The notes below the pieces were generated by a model. That model was given only the letters and a program-made list of their open reading frames with translations, had not been told where the DNA came from and searched no databases. The translations under genes and the position numbers were made by a program. 64,000 nt of DNA from Eledone cirrhosa (taxonomy: Eukaryota): positions 89,652,001-89,716,000 of the forward strand of contig OZ024744.1 in NCBI GenBank assembly GCA_964016885.1, written 5' to 3'. Positions 15,505 to 32,429 of the stretch are shown piece after piece. Within the stretch, counting starts at the first letter, position 1. Every line of letters begins with the position of its first letter.

Positions 15505-15691
15505 CAGGTAAAATTCCGTTATAACGAATACCATTATAACAAATTTTTCAGTATAATGAATTTTTTTCAATCCCCGAGGTAATAACAAACAAACGCTAGA
15601 CTTGTTTTGGTCGATCTCGTTATAAAGCATTTTTCGTTACAACTAATTTTTTTTAATACCCTGTGAATCTCGTTATAACGGAATTTCACTG
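15505..15691. mobile_element. pogo/Tigger-type MITE
   Basis: TA-cagg taaaattccgttataacga ... tcgttataacggaatttcactg-TA. Confidence 0.8.
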
Positions 15692-15989
15692 TATATAATA
15701 AATATAGATATATAACGTGCGTTGTATTGAAGCGAATAACTATGTGTGTACTCTGGGAGTTATTTAACATTACCTATTGGGTACGCTGAGATGCAACCGC
15801 TCCTAGCAGTGAAACCCATGCTAATTCCGTCAAATTATTATTGTATATATGTAGATATGGCTGTACCGATTGTGTTGTTATTTCTGTTTACCTTTTACAT
15901 ACATATATTATATACATATGTGTGGGGGGGGGGACGTATATGTGTATGTATGTATATATATATATGTATGTATACATACATACATGTGC

Positions 15990-16380
15990 TTATCAGCAAA
16001 AGATCATGCATGGATATGTTGCCAGGAAGCTCCAGAGTGAGAGTAATATAGATAAGGAAAGTAGTCTATCTTGGACCGCTATATTGGCTCCCACTTTGAA
16101 GGATACGCTTTTGCAAACAGGATATTAACACGAAATACCTGATTCACAAAAGAGATAGGGATGCCGGCAAAACACTTAGATGTGATAACAAGTGCAGACT
16201 CTGCAGAACTAACATCGAGGATATCACCCATGTCATCAGCAGCTGTCCAAAGATGTCATCGCGGTACTATCTACCTATGAGGCATGATGTAGTGGCCAAA
16301 ACACTGTACAATGCAATTAGTAAAAGAGATAGCCCAGATAATAAACACATTAAAAGATACAGCAATGTGGAAGACATGCA
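15990..16380 (+). mobile_element. Fragment of a sister R4/Dong-like subfamily
   Basis: HFEGYAF, KCRLCRTNIEDITHVISSCPKMSSRYYLPMRHD. Confidence 0.85.
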
Positions 16381-16597
16381 TATATGCATGCATACATAAT
16401 CTACCTAGTTGATGTTGTGTAAATTCCAATGAGAGAGTCTTGTGTCTATGTTAGAAACCGACTCTCTCTTTATTGGGAAAAAATTTGTGAAATTATAAAA
16501 CCAGAAGAACATACATACATACATACATACATACATACATACATACATACATACATACATACATACATACATACATACATACATACATACATACATA

Positions 16598-16896
16598 CAA
16601 GAGATGGATGACATCTATGGACCATTGATAAGGAGTTTGCAGATCCAGTATTCAAGATACACCTTCAGCTTCATACCCATCATCATTGGAGATACAGGTT
16701 ATATACCAACCCGCTTGGACCAAAGTAGACTGAGCTTGGATTTGTGGACAAAGAGCGCAGCTCCCTAATTCATAGACTACAAATGGCTGCGTTAGCTGGC
16801 ACCTTCAAAATTTGCAAAACAGTTTTGCGATTCAAGGGATGACGATATCTTTTCTTTACAACCTTGCTAGCAAGAAGGTGGAAGAGAAAGAGAAAC
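16598..16896 (+). mobile_element. R4/Dong-like 3' end in (CATA)n
   Basis: Matches ~24840-25130; CATA repeats on both sides. Confidence 0.9.
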
Positions 16897-17211
16897 ATAC
16901 ATACATTTTTTGTAATATATCAAATCAAAATTACATTATTAAATCTTATTCTTATTTTGTTTCTTGTAAATAACTTTTTTCAAAATATCAATTCAAAACT
17001 TTTGTGAATAGGCGTCATATCTTGTCATTTACCTATGGTTTAAATTTCATATAATTCGAAGGGAACAACTTTTCAGCGGGGGTTTGTGCTTTTGATTAAA
17101 ATGAAATATACTTATCCAAGTACCCTGGGTAATGTAGTTTCAGAATATATACGGTTATGGGGGTCTATCTCCAAAACCAACAAACAAAAAAACAAACAGA
17201 CATGAACTACA

Positions 17212-17330
<119 letters not shown>

Positions 17331-17385
17331 GAAAAAGTGAAGAATAACATGGTCAACAGTACAAAAAAAAGGGATTTATTTACAG

Positions 17386-17489
17386 TCTGACAATTGTTTC
17401 ACTGATTAAGTTGTCTAAAAATTGCTGAGCACTAGAAGCAGTGCCACTCAATTTTAAACACGATGTTAACTTAATCAGATCATCAGAGA
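17386..17489 (-). ncRNA. Hammerhead with long stem II
   Basis: tct-CTGATGA-t ctgattaagtt...aacttaatcag t-GAAA-caattg-TC-aga. Confidence 0.78.
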
Positions 17490-17496
17490 AACTGTT

Positions 17497-17600
17497 TCTC
17501 CGATGATCTGATTAAGTTAACATCGTGTTTAAAATTGAGTGGCACTGCTTCTAGTGCTCAGCAATTTTTAGACAACTTAATCAGTGAAACAATTGTCAGA
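17497..17600 (+). ncRNA. Hammerhead with long stem II, CCGATGA core
   Basis: Mirror of 17386-17489 with C at position 4. Confidence 0.72.
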
Positions 17601-17943
17601 CTGTAAATAAATCCCTTTTTTTTTTGTACTGTTGACTTGTTCTTTTTTTTTTTTTGTACTGTTGACTTGTTCTTCACTTTTTCAATTTTATTACTCCAAG
17701 ATAAACTTACATAGGAACCTACGTAAACCTTTTGTTGAATCAAACAACGCCGTACGCTAAAACAATCCATAATAACAAGTATTCGATACCTCTAACTGGA
17801 TTACCTATAACGATATTTTGTTATCCCTTATATATGTGTGGTGGGGGGGTTGTGTATGTGTTTGTTTTTGTTATATATATATATGAAGAGAGAGAAAGGA
17901 GATAGAGTGTGAATAGAATGAGATAAAGGATATATATATATAA

Positions 17944-20320
17944 TTGGATGCAACACCTGACAACAGACACCAGCAGGTGGTGAACACTGTGTCCACTACT
18001 CTGCCGGAACACCACATGAGAACCGGGGAGAACCCAAGTAAAGGGAATGACAAAAATGATGCACGGACATGTAACTGCCGTGTAGGAGAGGAGTACTCTC
18101 TGCGGGGAATGTGCCTGACAAGGGGCGTTGTCTACAGATGTGTCGTTACCACGCACAATGATAGGCACACCTACATCGGGGCAACATCCACGACTTTTAA
18201 ATCGAGGATGTACAACCACAAGAACTTGTTTAAGGACAGGAACAAGAGTCACTCCACCAGACTGGCGGACCTAATATGGGGACTCAAAGATAATGGCACA
18301 GAGTTTGATCTCAGCGCGCGAATGCGTACTCAGCTGGCGAGATGAGGTGCAAATTGCGCCTGTGCGAGGCTATGGAGATAGTAAAACTAAAGGGCGACGC
18401 AGTCAACATCAGATCTGAAATCATCATTGTCTGCAGACACCAACGTAAATGCACGCTCTCCGCTTTAGTGATACCAGATGGGTCTATCTAAGGCACTACC
18501 GGTATGACAATGCCAGGTGGGGCGCATGCAGTGGACCACGATATGCCACATCATACGTATGAATCCAAGGCGGAACAAGCTGATATCAACGACCGATCCA
18601 ACGATAAATACCTCGTGACACACCTTGGATATCACCGTCCCACCAACTTAGGGACGCCGACTCATTATAAGTCTGATTTTGTCTACAACATTATGTGTGG
18701 TTTTGAATTTTTGATTCTTAACTTTTAATTTTCGATTCGTGATGTTTAATTTGCAACTTTGATGTTGGACTTGATGCTAGTCTTAAGGTTAACGTTGCAG
18801 TTAATTCTAACTTTGCTTGCCGTTGCTATCTACACGCCGAAAACACAAGCCGCTGGTATATTCCACTTATGCATCCATTCCATGTACATTTCATGTATAC
18901 TGTTATGAAACACATTTTCTATACATTCACAAAATATTCCATGTATGTATCCGTTCCATGTACATTTCATATATACTATTATGAAAAGGATATTTTACCC
19001 ATTCACAATATATATAACTTGTTTGTGTATGCGCACGCAGTCCCCTGTGTCCCCCTGTCATGAAACCTGTCTCATGTGCATGGTTGATGTGCAGGTTCTT
19101 ACCCAGTACCTTGGATCATCAGTCCTTCTGTATCTTATATAACCCTATGCACCACAGTCCTCAAGTATTTTTATGCAACTTTATGCACATCCCAATAATG
19201 TCCGGCTGGCGTGAACAGATACCCCCTCTGCATCTTTGTCATGTATACACTCCTTTTTCCAGTATTTTATTTTAGCTTATTGTATTTTATTTTATTTTAT
19301 TTTATGTATGTACACGCATTTATATATAGGTGCCACCCATGTTATCTGTGATTAGGGCATGGCTACTACGTAGCTATTACATTTATGCATATTGTGAATG
19401 CACTTTCAGAATTATATCACCACGTGAATGGATTGGGTCCAAGCCTCAAGAATGTTGTCTCATATGATATTTTATGCGCCAAGTGCACAGTTGCGTGTGT
19501 GTGTGGATATGTAGGTATTCATCAAGTATGTGCTTTTTTGAGACGTATAAGCATGCCCATGTGCGGGAACATGTATGTATGTGTGTCCACAAACATATGC
19601 ATACATGCATGTGTATGCATGTCTGGGTGGATGTATTTGTATGAACATGTCTGTGTAAGTGTATGCATATGTATGTGTAGATCTTCCATTTTCTCATCTG
19701 TATATATGCGCAGAGCCTTAACTATATACGCTTTCCCGAGTACAGTGTGTGTGTGTAGATATGTGTATATTTATCAAAAATACCTTTGAATTAACTTTTT
19801 TGAAAGGCTATTTCAAGCATTCTTTTAAAAACGTTCTTTTTACAGGGCTTTTCTTTTTGAAATGTGTGTTTTTTAAGGTATTTTGAGGGTGTGTTTTTCT
19901 GAAACGTTCTGTTAAATGTTTTTCCTTTTTTTTTTATTCCTTCTAAGTATATCATACAACCCCTTACCTCATACAGTAGTAATTCCGATTTAAGAAACAA
20001 CTTTCATTGACAGGTGGCGAATGAAAGGAACCAAATATAGGACGCTCATGAGGGGCCAAAAATACCGATGGCGTGTACAATTCTTGACCACTCATAGAAT
20101 GACAACAACAGGATCTAAGCTGCCGAGTGAGGGCCGCAGGTGTAACTGGACATTTGGAAACTCCGCTTCGTAAAATCGAGATGTATCTGAGCACCTTGCG
20201 ATTTCAGAGTCAGGTTCGATCATTACATCGATCGTGCCACGAGCTGATCGCCAGAGAAACGATTGTAATATGTCTAATAAATGTTATTCGTCGCAACACT
20301 GATTCTCCGTTTCTTATGTG
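17944..20320 (+). mobile_element. 5'-truncated PLE: GIY-YIG remnant, long 3' region, terminal degenerate hammerhead
   Basis: CNCR..GVVY..TYIGAT..FKSRMYNH..STRLADLIW; at 20180-20274 gatgtat-CTGAGCA...GAAA-cgattg-TA-atatgtc. Confidence 0.8.
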
Positions 20321-20334
20321 ATATATATATATAG

Positions 20335-21216
<882 letters not shown>

Positions 21217-21310
21217 TGTTGAAGTTTCCGTTGAAAAAGTCAGAAGAGTGCAGAGCTAAATATTTAATGTATAATAAACAATACAATATAATTACCTCAT
21301 TACCAGATTG

Positions 21311-21375
21311 CCTTGTCTGACGAACGGATGCGGACGTTTCTTGTATCTGTCTTCGGGAAACCTCTGGTAATGAGG
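21311..21375 (+). ncRNA. Type-I hammerhead within a short fold-back (arms 21266-21307 and 21363-21404)
   Basis: ccttgt-CTGACGA-a cgga..ttcg g-GAAA-cc tct gg-TA-atgagg; copy at 58696-58762 (-). Confidence 0.75.
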
Positions 21376-21429
21376 TAATTATATTGTATTGTTTATTATA
21401 CATTATATATATATATATATATATACAGA

Positions 21430-21474
<45 letters not shown>

Positions 21475-21489
21475 AAGAGAAAGAGAGAG

Positions 21490-21568
<79 letters not shown>

Positions 21569-21901
21569 TACATAGAAACTCCTAAACATAAAACAAAACA
21601 ATTGTACAGAATATAAAGTTAATGTTAATGTACTTAATGAAGGAAACGTAAAAGAAGAGAAGAAAAAAAATCAGAAAAAAATCTACAAGTACACGCTCTC
21701 ATAAATATCCGAGTTCCACATAAACATACTAGCATACCAACCTACCTGCACTAATACATACGTACGTACGTATGTATATACGTACCTATGTACACACATA
21801 CATACATACATACATACATACATACATACATACATACATACATACATACATACATACATACATACATACATACATACATACATACATACATACATACATA
21901 C

Positions 21902-22308
21902 ATGGTGGCTGCCAACTCGTTTTCGAATACGGCCACTACTTTATATCCATGTAGGAGAACCCCTACCGATGCGCTGAACGAGTGTGACTTTTTAGTCCAG
22001 CCAGCGACTTGAAAACTCTGGTACAAACACTACACTTATGACAATTATTGACACAGTGCAGGGCCCATGGTACCATGTGACGACATGTGCAGAGAGATCT
22101 CCAGATATAAAGCAATGCCTGTGCCGTGAATCTTTTATAGTGAGCAAAGGCAATGCACAAAGCCAGTCCCACTCTCTTAACCAAGATGATATTTACCAAA
22201 AAGAAGAACGAGTCAACATCATTGGATACCATCAGGGCTGCAGGTGTTATATCAGAGTTTTCCTTCTCCTAGAATTCTGCCTTGACAAAGGCTAAGGGGT
22301 CATCTCTC
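21902..22308 (-). mobile_element. RTE-derived non-autonomous element with C2H2 finger and (ATGT)n tail
   Basis: CSVCTRVFKSLAGLKSHTRSAH, then 3' hairpin and TATG repeats. Confidence 0.65.
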
Positions 22309-22397
22309 CCATACATACATACATACATACATACATACATACATACATACATACATACATACGTACATACATACATACATACATACATACATACATA

Positions 22398-25170
22398 GTA
22401 TCTCACACATCCCAGTCGTTATGAAATGCAACATAGAGAGCAACTTCACACGACACCAGGAAGACCTAAAGAAAAAGTTAGAGAGACGATTTGGAGATAC
22501 AAAATTTAAAACTTTGAACTCCAAATTACACCAGTTGAAACAACTCACAGCTACAACAGAAAGACTAAAATATAAGTCAACACCACATAAAGGACAAGTG
22601 CTAAATAGATTGTTTGCCAGAGATCCTAAATCAGTTTATCGCAACTTCGGTGGCAAAAGCTCAATCCCTGTAAATGACACCCCTTCAAAAGAACAGGTTG
22701 AGAGCTACTGGAGATCTGTATGGGAAACGGATGACGGATTCAACAGACAAACTAATTGGCTAAAAGAACTGGAACAGGACTACTGCCAACATGTCCAAAC
22801 AAAACAATATGACATAGATGGGTCAATACTGGAAACAGCTCTACTGAAAATGTCGAATAGGAAATCACCAGGCCCAGACCTCATTACAGGATACTGGTTG
22901 AAGAATTTCACTTTCTATCGGCAAGATCTTATACGGCTGTTTACAGAAACCATTAAAGGCACACAAGAACTGCCCAGATGGTTATCAACTGCCACTACTC
23001 TCCTCATTCCACAAAATAGCCAAACCACCCTTGCTAAAAATTGCCGCCCAATAGCCTGCCAAAACATCATGTATAAATGATATACTGTGTGCCTTAACCT
23101 GTTCTTACAGGATCACTGTGCTACCAACAACATCATAACATCTGAGCAAGCTGGTGGACAGAGGGAGGTGGGGGGTTGCATAGATCACCTACTAACTAAT
23201 AAAATTATTCAAGAAAAAACAACAAAGAATCGCAGAAACATGACTGTGGTGTGGCTGGACTATCAAAAAGCATTTGATAGTGTACCTCATGGGTGGATTG
23301 ATAAGGCTTTACAGTTAGCCAAAGTCCCACAACCACTGGTAGCTGCTGTTGAACGTCTTACCAAGAACTGGCACACCAATTTGATCCTTAGAGGTGAGAA
23401 GGAGCAAGTTAAGACTGATAAGATACATTACTAGAAGGGCATCTTTCAGGGTGATAGCTTGTCAGTGCTACTCTTCGTTCTCTCACTAAATCCACTGTCT
23501 TATCTACTCAGAAAACAATGTGGACAAAGAAGTGGGTCCAGAAGTATCTCCCATCTTTTCTTTGTTGATGACCTGAAGTTGTATGGGCCAAATGTCAATG
23601 ATATCAAGAAACAATTGGACCTCATTACACAATTTTCAACAGATATCAAAATGAAATTTGGTGAGTCCAAGTGTGCATATTTGACAGTAAAACGTGGAAG
23701 AGCTGTACCCTCCTCTAGAAATCTAGAGATGAACGGCCTGACAATACAACCTCTACAGTCAGGTGACAACTACAGATATCTTGGACAGGATGGGAATGTC
23801 AGATATGATGGACCCATAAATAAGGAGAGAACCAGAACTGAATACCTCAGAAGAGTAAAGAAAATATGGTCATCAGAACTGTCAGCGTACAACAAATACA
23901 TTGCCCACAATAATTATGCTGTGCCAATTCTAACGCCAACATTTGGCCTGCTGAACTGGTCGTTGCAAGAACTAAGTGAGATGGATGTTAGAACTTGCAA
24001 ACTTCTCAGTGTTACTGGGAACTTTAACATCAATGGTGATGTGGATAGGCTATACTTCTCACGCAAGGAAGGTGGCCGGGTCTAAAATCCACATTAACAT
24101 CATATGAGACCCGGATAGTAACACTGAAGCAACACCTGCAACAGAGGAAAAAGGTTGGCAACCATCTTGCCCAGGTTTATGAGCAGGAAAAAAAATATCA
24201 TTAGAATAGCGACTGATCTGGAGGAGAGATATGGAATAAAGCCTGATATAAATCTCTCACCCAGAGAAATCGGAAGATTCTATTCAATGTTCAAACAAGA
24301 TGAAAAAATTGACCAATTTACAGAAAAAGTTGTGCATGGATACTTGAGACGTAAAACACAGACCATAGAGGGGATAAACCACTCAAAAAGCCTGGCATGG
24401 AGTTCCGACAGGTTTATGACATCACACCTTGAGGGATATCCCTATGCAATACAGGAACAAGAACTCCCTACCAAATATCTGCTGCACAAAAGAGGAGAGC
24501 CATCAGCTGACATTAAATGTAGGCTATGTAAAACAAAGATCGAGGATGTAAGCCACATTGTTGCCAGCTGCGAAAGAATGTCATCTCGCTACTACCTCCC
24601 ATGAGACACGATGAGATAGCTAGAACCATCTACAACGCACTTCGGAAAACAAAATTAACAACAAACGAGGAAGAATATATTGAGACAGATGGCACTAAGG
24701 AATACTGGTGGAACCTGAAAATAAAAACTGCCACTAAATTAAAGCACAGCCGGCCTGATATTGTTGTTTGGGACCACACATTGAAAACGTGTTCTGTTGT
24801 GGAGATCAGCTGCCCACTTGATGTAAACGTTGTCAGAAAAATACAGGAGAAGGAGGACATCTACAGACCATTGATGAGGAGTTTACAAATCCAGTATCCA
24901 AGATACACCTTTAGCTTCATACCCATCATTATTGGGGCTACGGGTTATATACCAACCCGCTTGGACCAAAGTATGACTGAACTTGGATTTGCGGACAAAG
25001 AGCGCAGCTCCCTAATTCATAGTCTACAAATGGCTGCGATAGCTGACACCTTCAACATTTGCAAAACATTCTTGCGATTCAAGGGATGACAATTTCTTTT
25101 CTTTCACAACCTTGCCACCAGGAAGGTGGCCGGTCAAAAAAAATATACTCGAAATTAAGAGAAAGAGATA
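22398..25170 (+). mobile_element. R4/Dong-like non-LTR retrotransposon, 5'-truncated and disrupted (RT, CCHC, REL)
   Basis: KSPGPD, RPIAC, WLDYQKAFDSVPH, GIFQGDSLS, FFVDDLKLY, CRLC..H..C, RHD, RPDIV; several stops and frameshifts; CATA repeats on both sides. Confidence 0.95.
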
Positions 25171-25464
25171 ACATACATACATACATTCATACATACATAC
25201 GTACGTACAAACGTACATACGTGCATACGTACATATTGTTACATAAACAGATACACACACATACATACATACATACATACATACATACATACATACATAC
25301 ATACATACATACATACATACATACATTATACATACATGTTCTTACATACATATATTCAAACATACTAACACATTCTTACATAAATACATACATACATACT
25401 CGCGCACGCACACAATCAGATATATACATATATAAATATATTTATATGCGTGTGTAAGTGTGTA

Positions 25465-25503
<39 letters not shown>

Positions 25504-25505
<2 letters not shown>

Positions 25506-25853
25506 TAAAAAAAACAAAAATCAGTGATGCATCTGGACTCAGTTTATTGCGTGTTACAATTGTTTCGCCGGCAGGTAGCTCGAGACATGATCACTGTATG
25601 GATCTGGATGATTCTACGGCTGCAGGTTCTTCGGACACATGTAATTCTTTCGGAGCAAATTTTTGCCAGATCCATACAGGGATTATGTCTCGAGCTACCT
25701 GCCGGCGAAGCAATTGTAACACGCAATAAACTGAGTCCAGATGCATCACTGATTTTTCGTTTTTTTATAATATTCACACTCTGCTCTGTAAGAATATTGA
25801 GTGCTAATTTTGGCATACCGCCTATGGAAGCACCATAGCTATCATTAAACACA

Positions 25854-25858
<5 letters not shown>
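25504..25858. repeat. Fold-back palindrome (25504-25768) plus tail
   Basis: Arms ~25504-25607 and ~25666-25768. Confidence 0.9.
25551..25638 (-). ncRNA. Hammerhead, CCGAAGA core, long stem II
   Basis: gtgt-CCGAAGA-acctgcag...ctgccggc-GAAA-caattg-TA-acac. Confidence 0.62.
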
Positions 25859-25923
<65 letters not shown>

Positions 25924-25926
<3 letters not shown>

Positions 25927-26002
25927 TGGGTCAAGTATCAAATTTGTAGAAAGTTGTAGAAAAAGACCAAATTTCCACAAATTTCATACTTGACGACCCA
26001 AT
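25924..26002. mobile_element. Very small mariner-type MITE
   Basis: tattgggtcaagtat...atacttgacgacccaata terminal inverted repeats. Confidence 0.6.
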
Positions 26003-26714
26003 ATATATATGTGTGTGTGTGTGTGTGTGTTTAAAGAGAGACGGATAAATAGACATGACAAATATATATACAAACATTAACAAATATATTATTGTGGTTT
26101 AATCAGAGCATCAGAGTATTGCACTGTAATGACCCTTTAAAAGGACATTCCTTTCGTGGTGAAGAAAGAGAAGGTGCGAACCACGAGTTTTCTTCACACC
26201 TGACGGCACTGCTAAAGGTACTAAACATTCAAGTGGTTTTGATAAACTAGAATTTTTTCCAACACGCTGACGTGTATGTGAATATGTGTGTGCGTGTGTG
26301 CATGTGAGCATATCTAAAAAAAAGTCTTCCACAAACAGCATTGCCCGGACTTGTACCTCTGACGCAAACTTTCTAGATGCAAATTCCATGGTCATTCATG
26401 GGCGAAGGGGGTCTTTACCCATTACCTTTTACTAGAATATGAATTGAACATTAATTAGTAAAAATATGATAATAATTATGTTGGGACGTGTTACTTTGCA
26501 GTTATTTATTGTTCCTTATATTTCGAGTGGAAAATGTTTTCATCAAAAGATTTATTGAGAGAACTAATCCGGAGATGTCCTGATCCAATGGTTAAAAAAT
26601 TCACTTTGTAATCATAGGGTCGAAGGTTGAATCCCACTGCGTTGTATCTTAGGTTGACTAAAGTCTTGTTACCAATACCAAATAAAGTCTAAAGTCTATC
26701 TTAAGACAGAAGGC

Positions 26715-26966
26715 TCATTTGGCCGGTGCTTATCCCGGTTTTATGGCGTGAAGCGACTGAGGGTATAATATCTACCCTGGACAGGACGTCATTCCATGGC
26801 AGGGTTAAACCCCCCAGCTATTGCTGGTACTCATTTTCAGCTGAGTATACTGGAGCAACGTGAAATGAAGTGTTTTGCTCAAGAACACAATACACAACCC
26901 AAGAATCGAACCCACGACATTATGATCGTAAGTCCAACACTCTTACCACTAGGCCACGTGCCTCCA
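26715..26966 (-). mobile_element. tRNA-derived SINE, family B (V-domain-like middle)
   Basis: gtggcctagtggtaag A box, ggttcgattc B box, cctgtccagggt motif. Confidence 0.8.
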
Positions 26967-27117
26967 CTGTATATACATATTCATACATTTATATGTATGA
27001 GTATATAAATATAAACGCGCAAACATAGACAGACTTACAAAAATACACAATCACATACATTCACACAAACACACACATACATTCACACAAACACACACAC
27101 ACATACATTTACACAAA

Positions 27118-27171
<54 letters not shown>

Positions 27172-27264
27172 GTAGCAAATGGAACGCCAGCCGCGGTTTT
27201 GCTATAGTTTTTTCACCATCCCTTTCCTTCGTTTTACACACACACATACATTCACACCAACACA

Positions 27265-27304
<40 letters not shown>

Positions 27305-27429
27305 GTGTGACGGACGGAATCGCTCAAATTTATATAAATATTTGATACCAGACCACCTAAAACCACTATTGGTACTATAATAACAAAATTGCTCGTGTTA
27401 AGTGCTCATAGTAATAAGGCCAATAATTA

Positions 27430-27675
27430 AGGGTACGATTCTGGTACTTTATTTTATCTACCCTGTAAAGATGAAAGCCAAAGTTAAGCTCGGCTGGATT
27501 CGAGCTCAGAACATAAAGAGGCGTAACTCTACGCTGCAAAGCATGGTATCCGACGCTACTGGTACTTTTGATTTATCGACCCTGTAAAGATGAAAGGCAA
27601 AGCTAACCTCGGCTGGATTTGAACTCAGAACGTAAAGAGACGTAACTCCAAGCTGCGAAACATAGTATCCGACAT
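27430..27675 (-). mobile_element. Two SINE family A fragments
   Basis: atgaaaggcaaagctaacctcggctggatttgaactcag matches the family consensus. Confidence 0.8.
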
Positions 27676-27989
27676 AATTTTATGCAAGCAATTTTTTGTA
27701 AAGTTATGTATCAACTTACTAATGAAAAAAAGTTTTTTTTAATTCTTCAAATATTTTTTTATCATTTTCAGAATTTGAAAGATATTGGGAATATATTTCA
27801 CTAGAAATATGGTAACGAAGATTTAAAATCTGTTACCAACGAACAAGTACAATCAGTCCGAAATTATGCAATTTCCACGATGCACCCAAGATGGCCGACT
27901 GAATACGCACGTGTACTTTTTGTCTCCCCAATTTTTTCTCATTTTCCCTGTTCCTTCCTCTCATCCCTCTTTACGTTCCATTTATCTTC

Positions 27990-28070
27990 TATTTCTAACT
28001 CTATTTTCTGATGAAGGACTAGTGTCCAAAATGTTAAGACACTCTTCCTACTATTTAAAGCGTTAAACTA
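27990..28070 (+). repeat. Decayed pLTR with hammerhead relic
   Basis: CTGATGA(28008)-a ggac tagt gtcc-AAAATGTTA, interpretable as CpG-decayed GAAACGTTA. Confidence 0.5.
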
Positions 28071-28252
28071 ATATATTTCTTCCATGTACTGTGCCGTTTA
28101 TTTTGTTATTTTTGTTATTACTTTTACATAAAATATTCATACCTTATTATCTCAATTGTGACATTTTGTTCACGTTCAAGTAATGATTTAATACGTCTAG
28201 AATATGTATTCCTATTATAAACATTTTGTCCAACGTGTGGTTCGTTAATTTC

Positions 28253-30700
<2,448 letters not shown>

Positions 30701-31509
30701 CTTCCTCTATAGAAAAAAGTTGGCTGTGTTCAGACCTGGAGAGAGCAGGGCTGGCCAGCTTAAAAAGTGTCCTAGACACTCCGTATGGCGGTGCCTATAC
30801 AACTCCACAAGGAGTTATGGGATCTTTATCCTTTATCCTTATCTACTAGATTGTGTTCAATTTACTTATGACATATTTAGTGTAACTGATATGTTATATA
30901 TTGTTGTTTCCTTTCTTAATATCGCGAATATTTCTAGACTCCTCGAGTTAGGAACACTGTCAAACATTCACGGGTAGTAAATCTCTAGTATGCTTAGACC
31001 CTTACCACCCCACACCCATCCATCCCTAAAAAAGAGTGGAAATAATCGTCAGAGCGAACCAAGGATACTAAGTTTTCATTGATCTTCATATTTCTGATAT
31101 CATCTGACAGTCGCAAGTCCCGGCAGGAGGTGGGATCTGAGCTCAAAACGCACAAAACTGGATTATATACTGCATAGATCCCATCGGTCGTTTTAACAAT
31201 TCCACCAACCACCACCACCACCACCACCTCGCTATTATTACTTTATGTATTGAAAGAATATAAAATTATAAAATTTATTTATTGAAAGAATATAAAACAA
31301 ATTTGACCTCAGTGTGATTAGAACTCAGAGCGCAGTGAGACGGAAGAAATACTGAGTCATTTACGTAAAGGTGTGACGATATATGTGTGTGCGTAAATCT
31401 TCTATGAGTTGGTGATGAATTTGTTTTGTGAACAACAATATATACTAAGATTATTTCCGAAAATCATTAGTCTGGGTATGTCTAGGTGCATTTAGTTAAA
31501 CCCTTCATG

Positions 31510-31549
<40 letters not shown>

Positions 31550-31554
<5 letters not shown>

Positions 31555-31874
31555 AACCAGTAAGACCCCGACAGCTGAGCTCAAGCCGTTTCGACGGCTA
31601 ATTCTGGACTCTAATTCTGGAATCTTTTCGACGGCTAATTCTGGACTCAGAATTAGCCGTCGAAAAGAGTCCAGAATTAGAGTCCAGAATTAGAGTCCAG
31701 AATTAGAGTCCAGAATTAGAGTCCAGAATTACAGTCCAGAATTAGAGTCCAGCTTGAAACGGCTTGAGCTCAGCTGTCGGGGTCTTACTGGTTCCTATTA
31801 CCCACTCTACTACCTCAAGTATTGAGTACTTTGGTGCGTTATGGTCCACCTGGTTCCTTACCACATTTCCTTCG

Positions 31875-31878
<4 letters not shown>
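31550..31878. repeat. Fold-back pLTR end with expanded 13-bp unit (AGAGTCCAGAATT)n at the centre
   Basis: Same family as 48755-48950; about six tandem units at ~31666-31752. Confidence 0.88.
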
Positions 31879-31909
<31 letters not shown>

Positions 31910-32290
31910 CACACAAACAGCGGACAACAGAGGCTACGCACCGTTCCTCTCCGACAGATAACTTTCCCCCCGGAAAACCACCCAGTTGATGGATGCGAAT
32001 CTGAAATATAGTGACAATTAAATCTCTCCCAAGGTAAATCTATCTCGTGTTATTTTTATTTGTTACGCTCTTTCCTACGTTCCTCTACACACTATACATC
32101 TCATTCTGCATTCCCTTACATCTCTCTCTTCACCACCGGATTCGGGTACCCGGAGATTTACCCATCTGCATTGTTGAGGCTTCCAAAACGACAAAAAAAA
32201 TGTATTATTCCACAATGCTTCAAGGAAACTTCAATACTCTCTCATATATATATATATGTACATATATATATATGTATATATATATATATA

Positions 32291-32340
<50 letters not shown>

Positions 32341-32429
32341 TATGTATATATATATATATATATATGCATATGTATATATATATATATATATATATATGCA
32401 TATGTATATATATATAATAAATAAATATA

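Noticed and set aside
23078-23080. In-frame TGA in the R4-like RT as selenocysteine
   Set aside because: Falls at a non-Cys position (YK*YT) in a copy with other stops and frameshifts, so it is simple decay
31666-31752. CRISPR-like arrays here and at 52815-53260
   Set aside because: Contiguous tandem units without unique spacers, eukaryotic context, no cas genes
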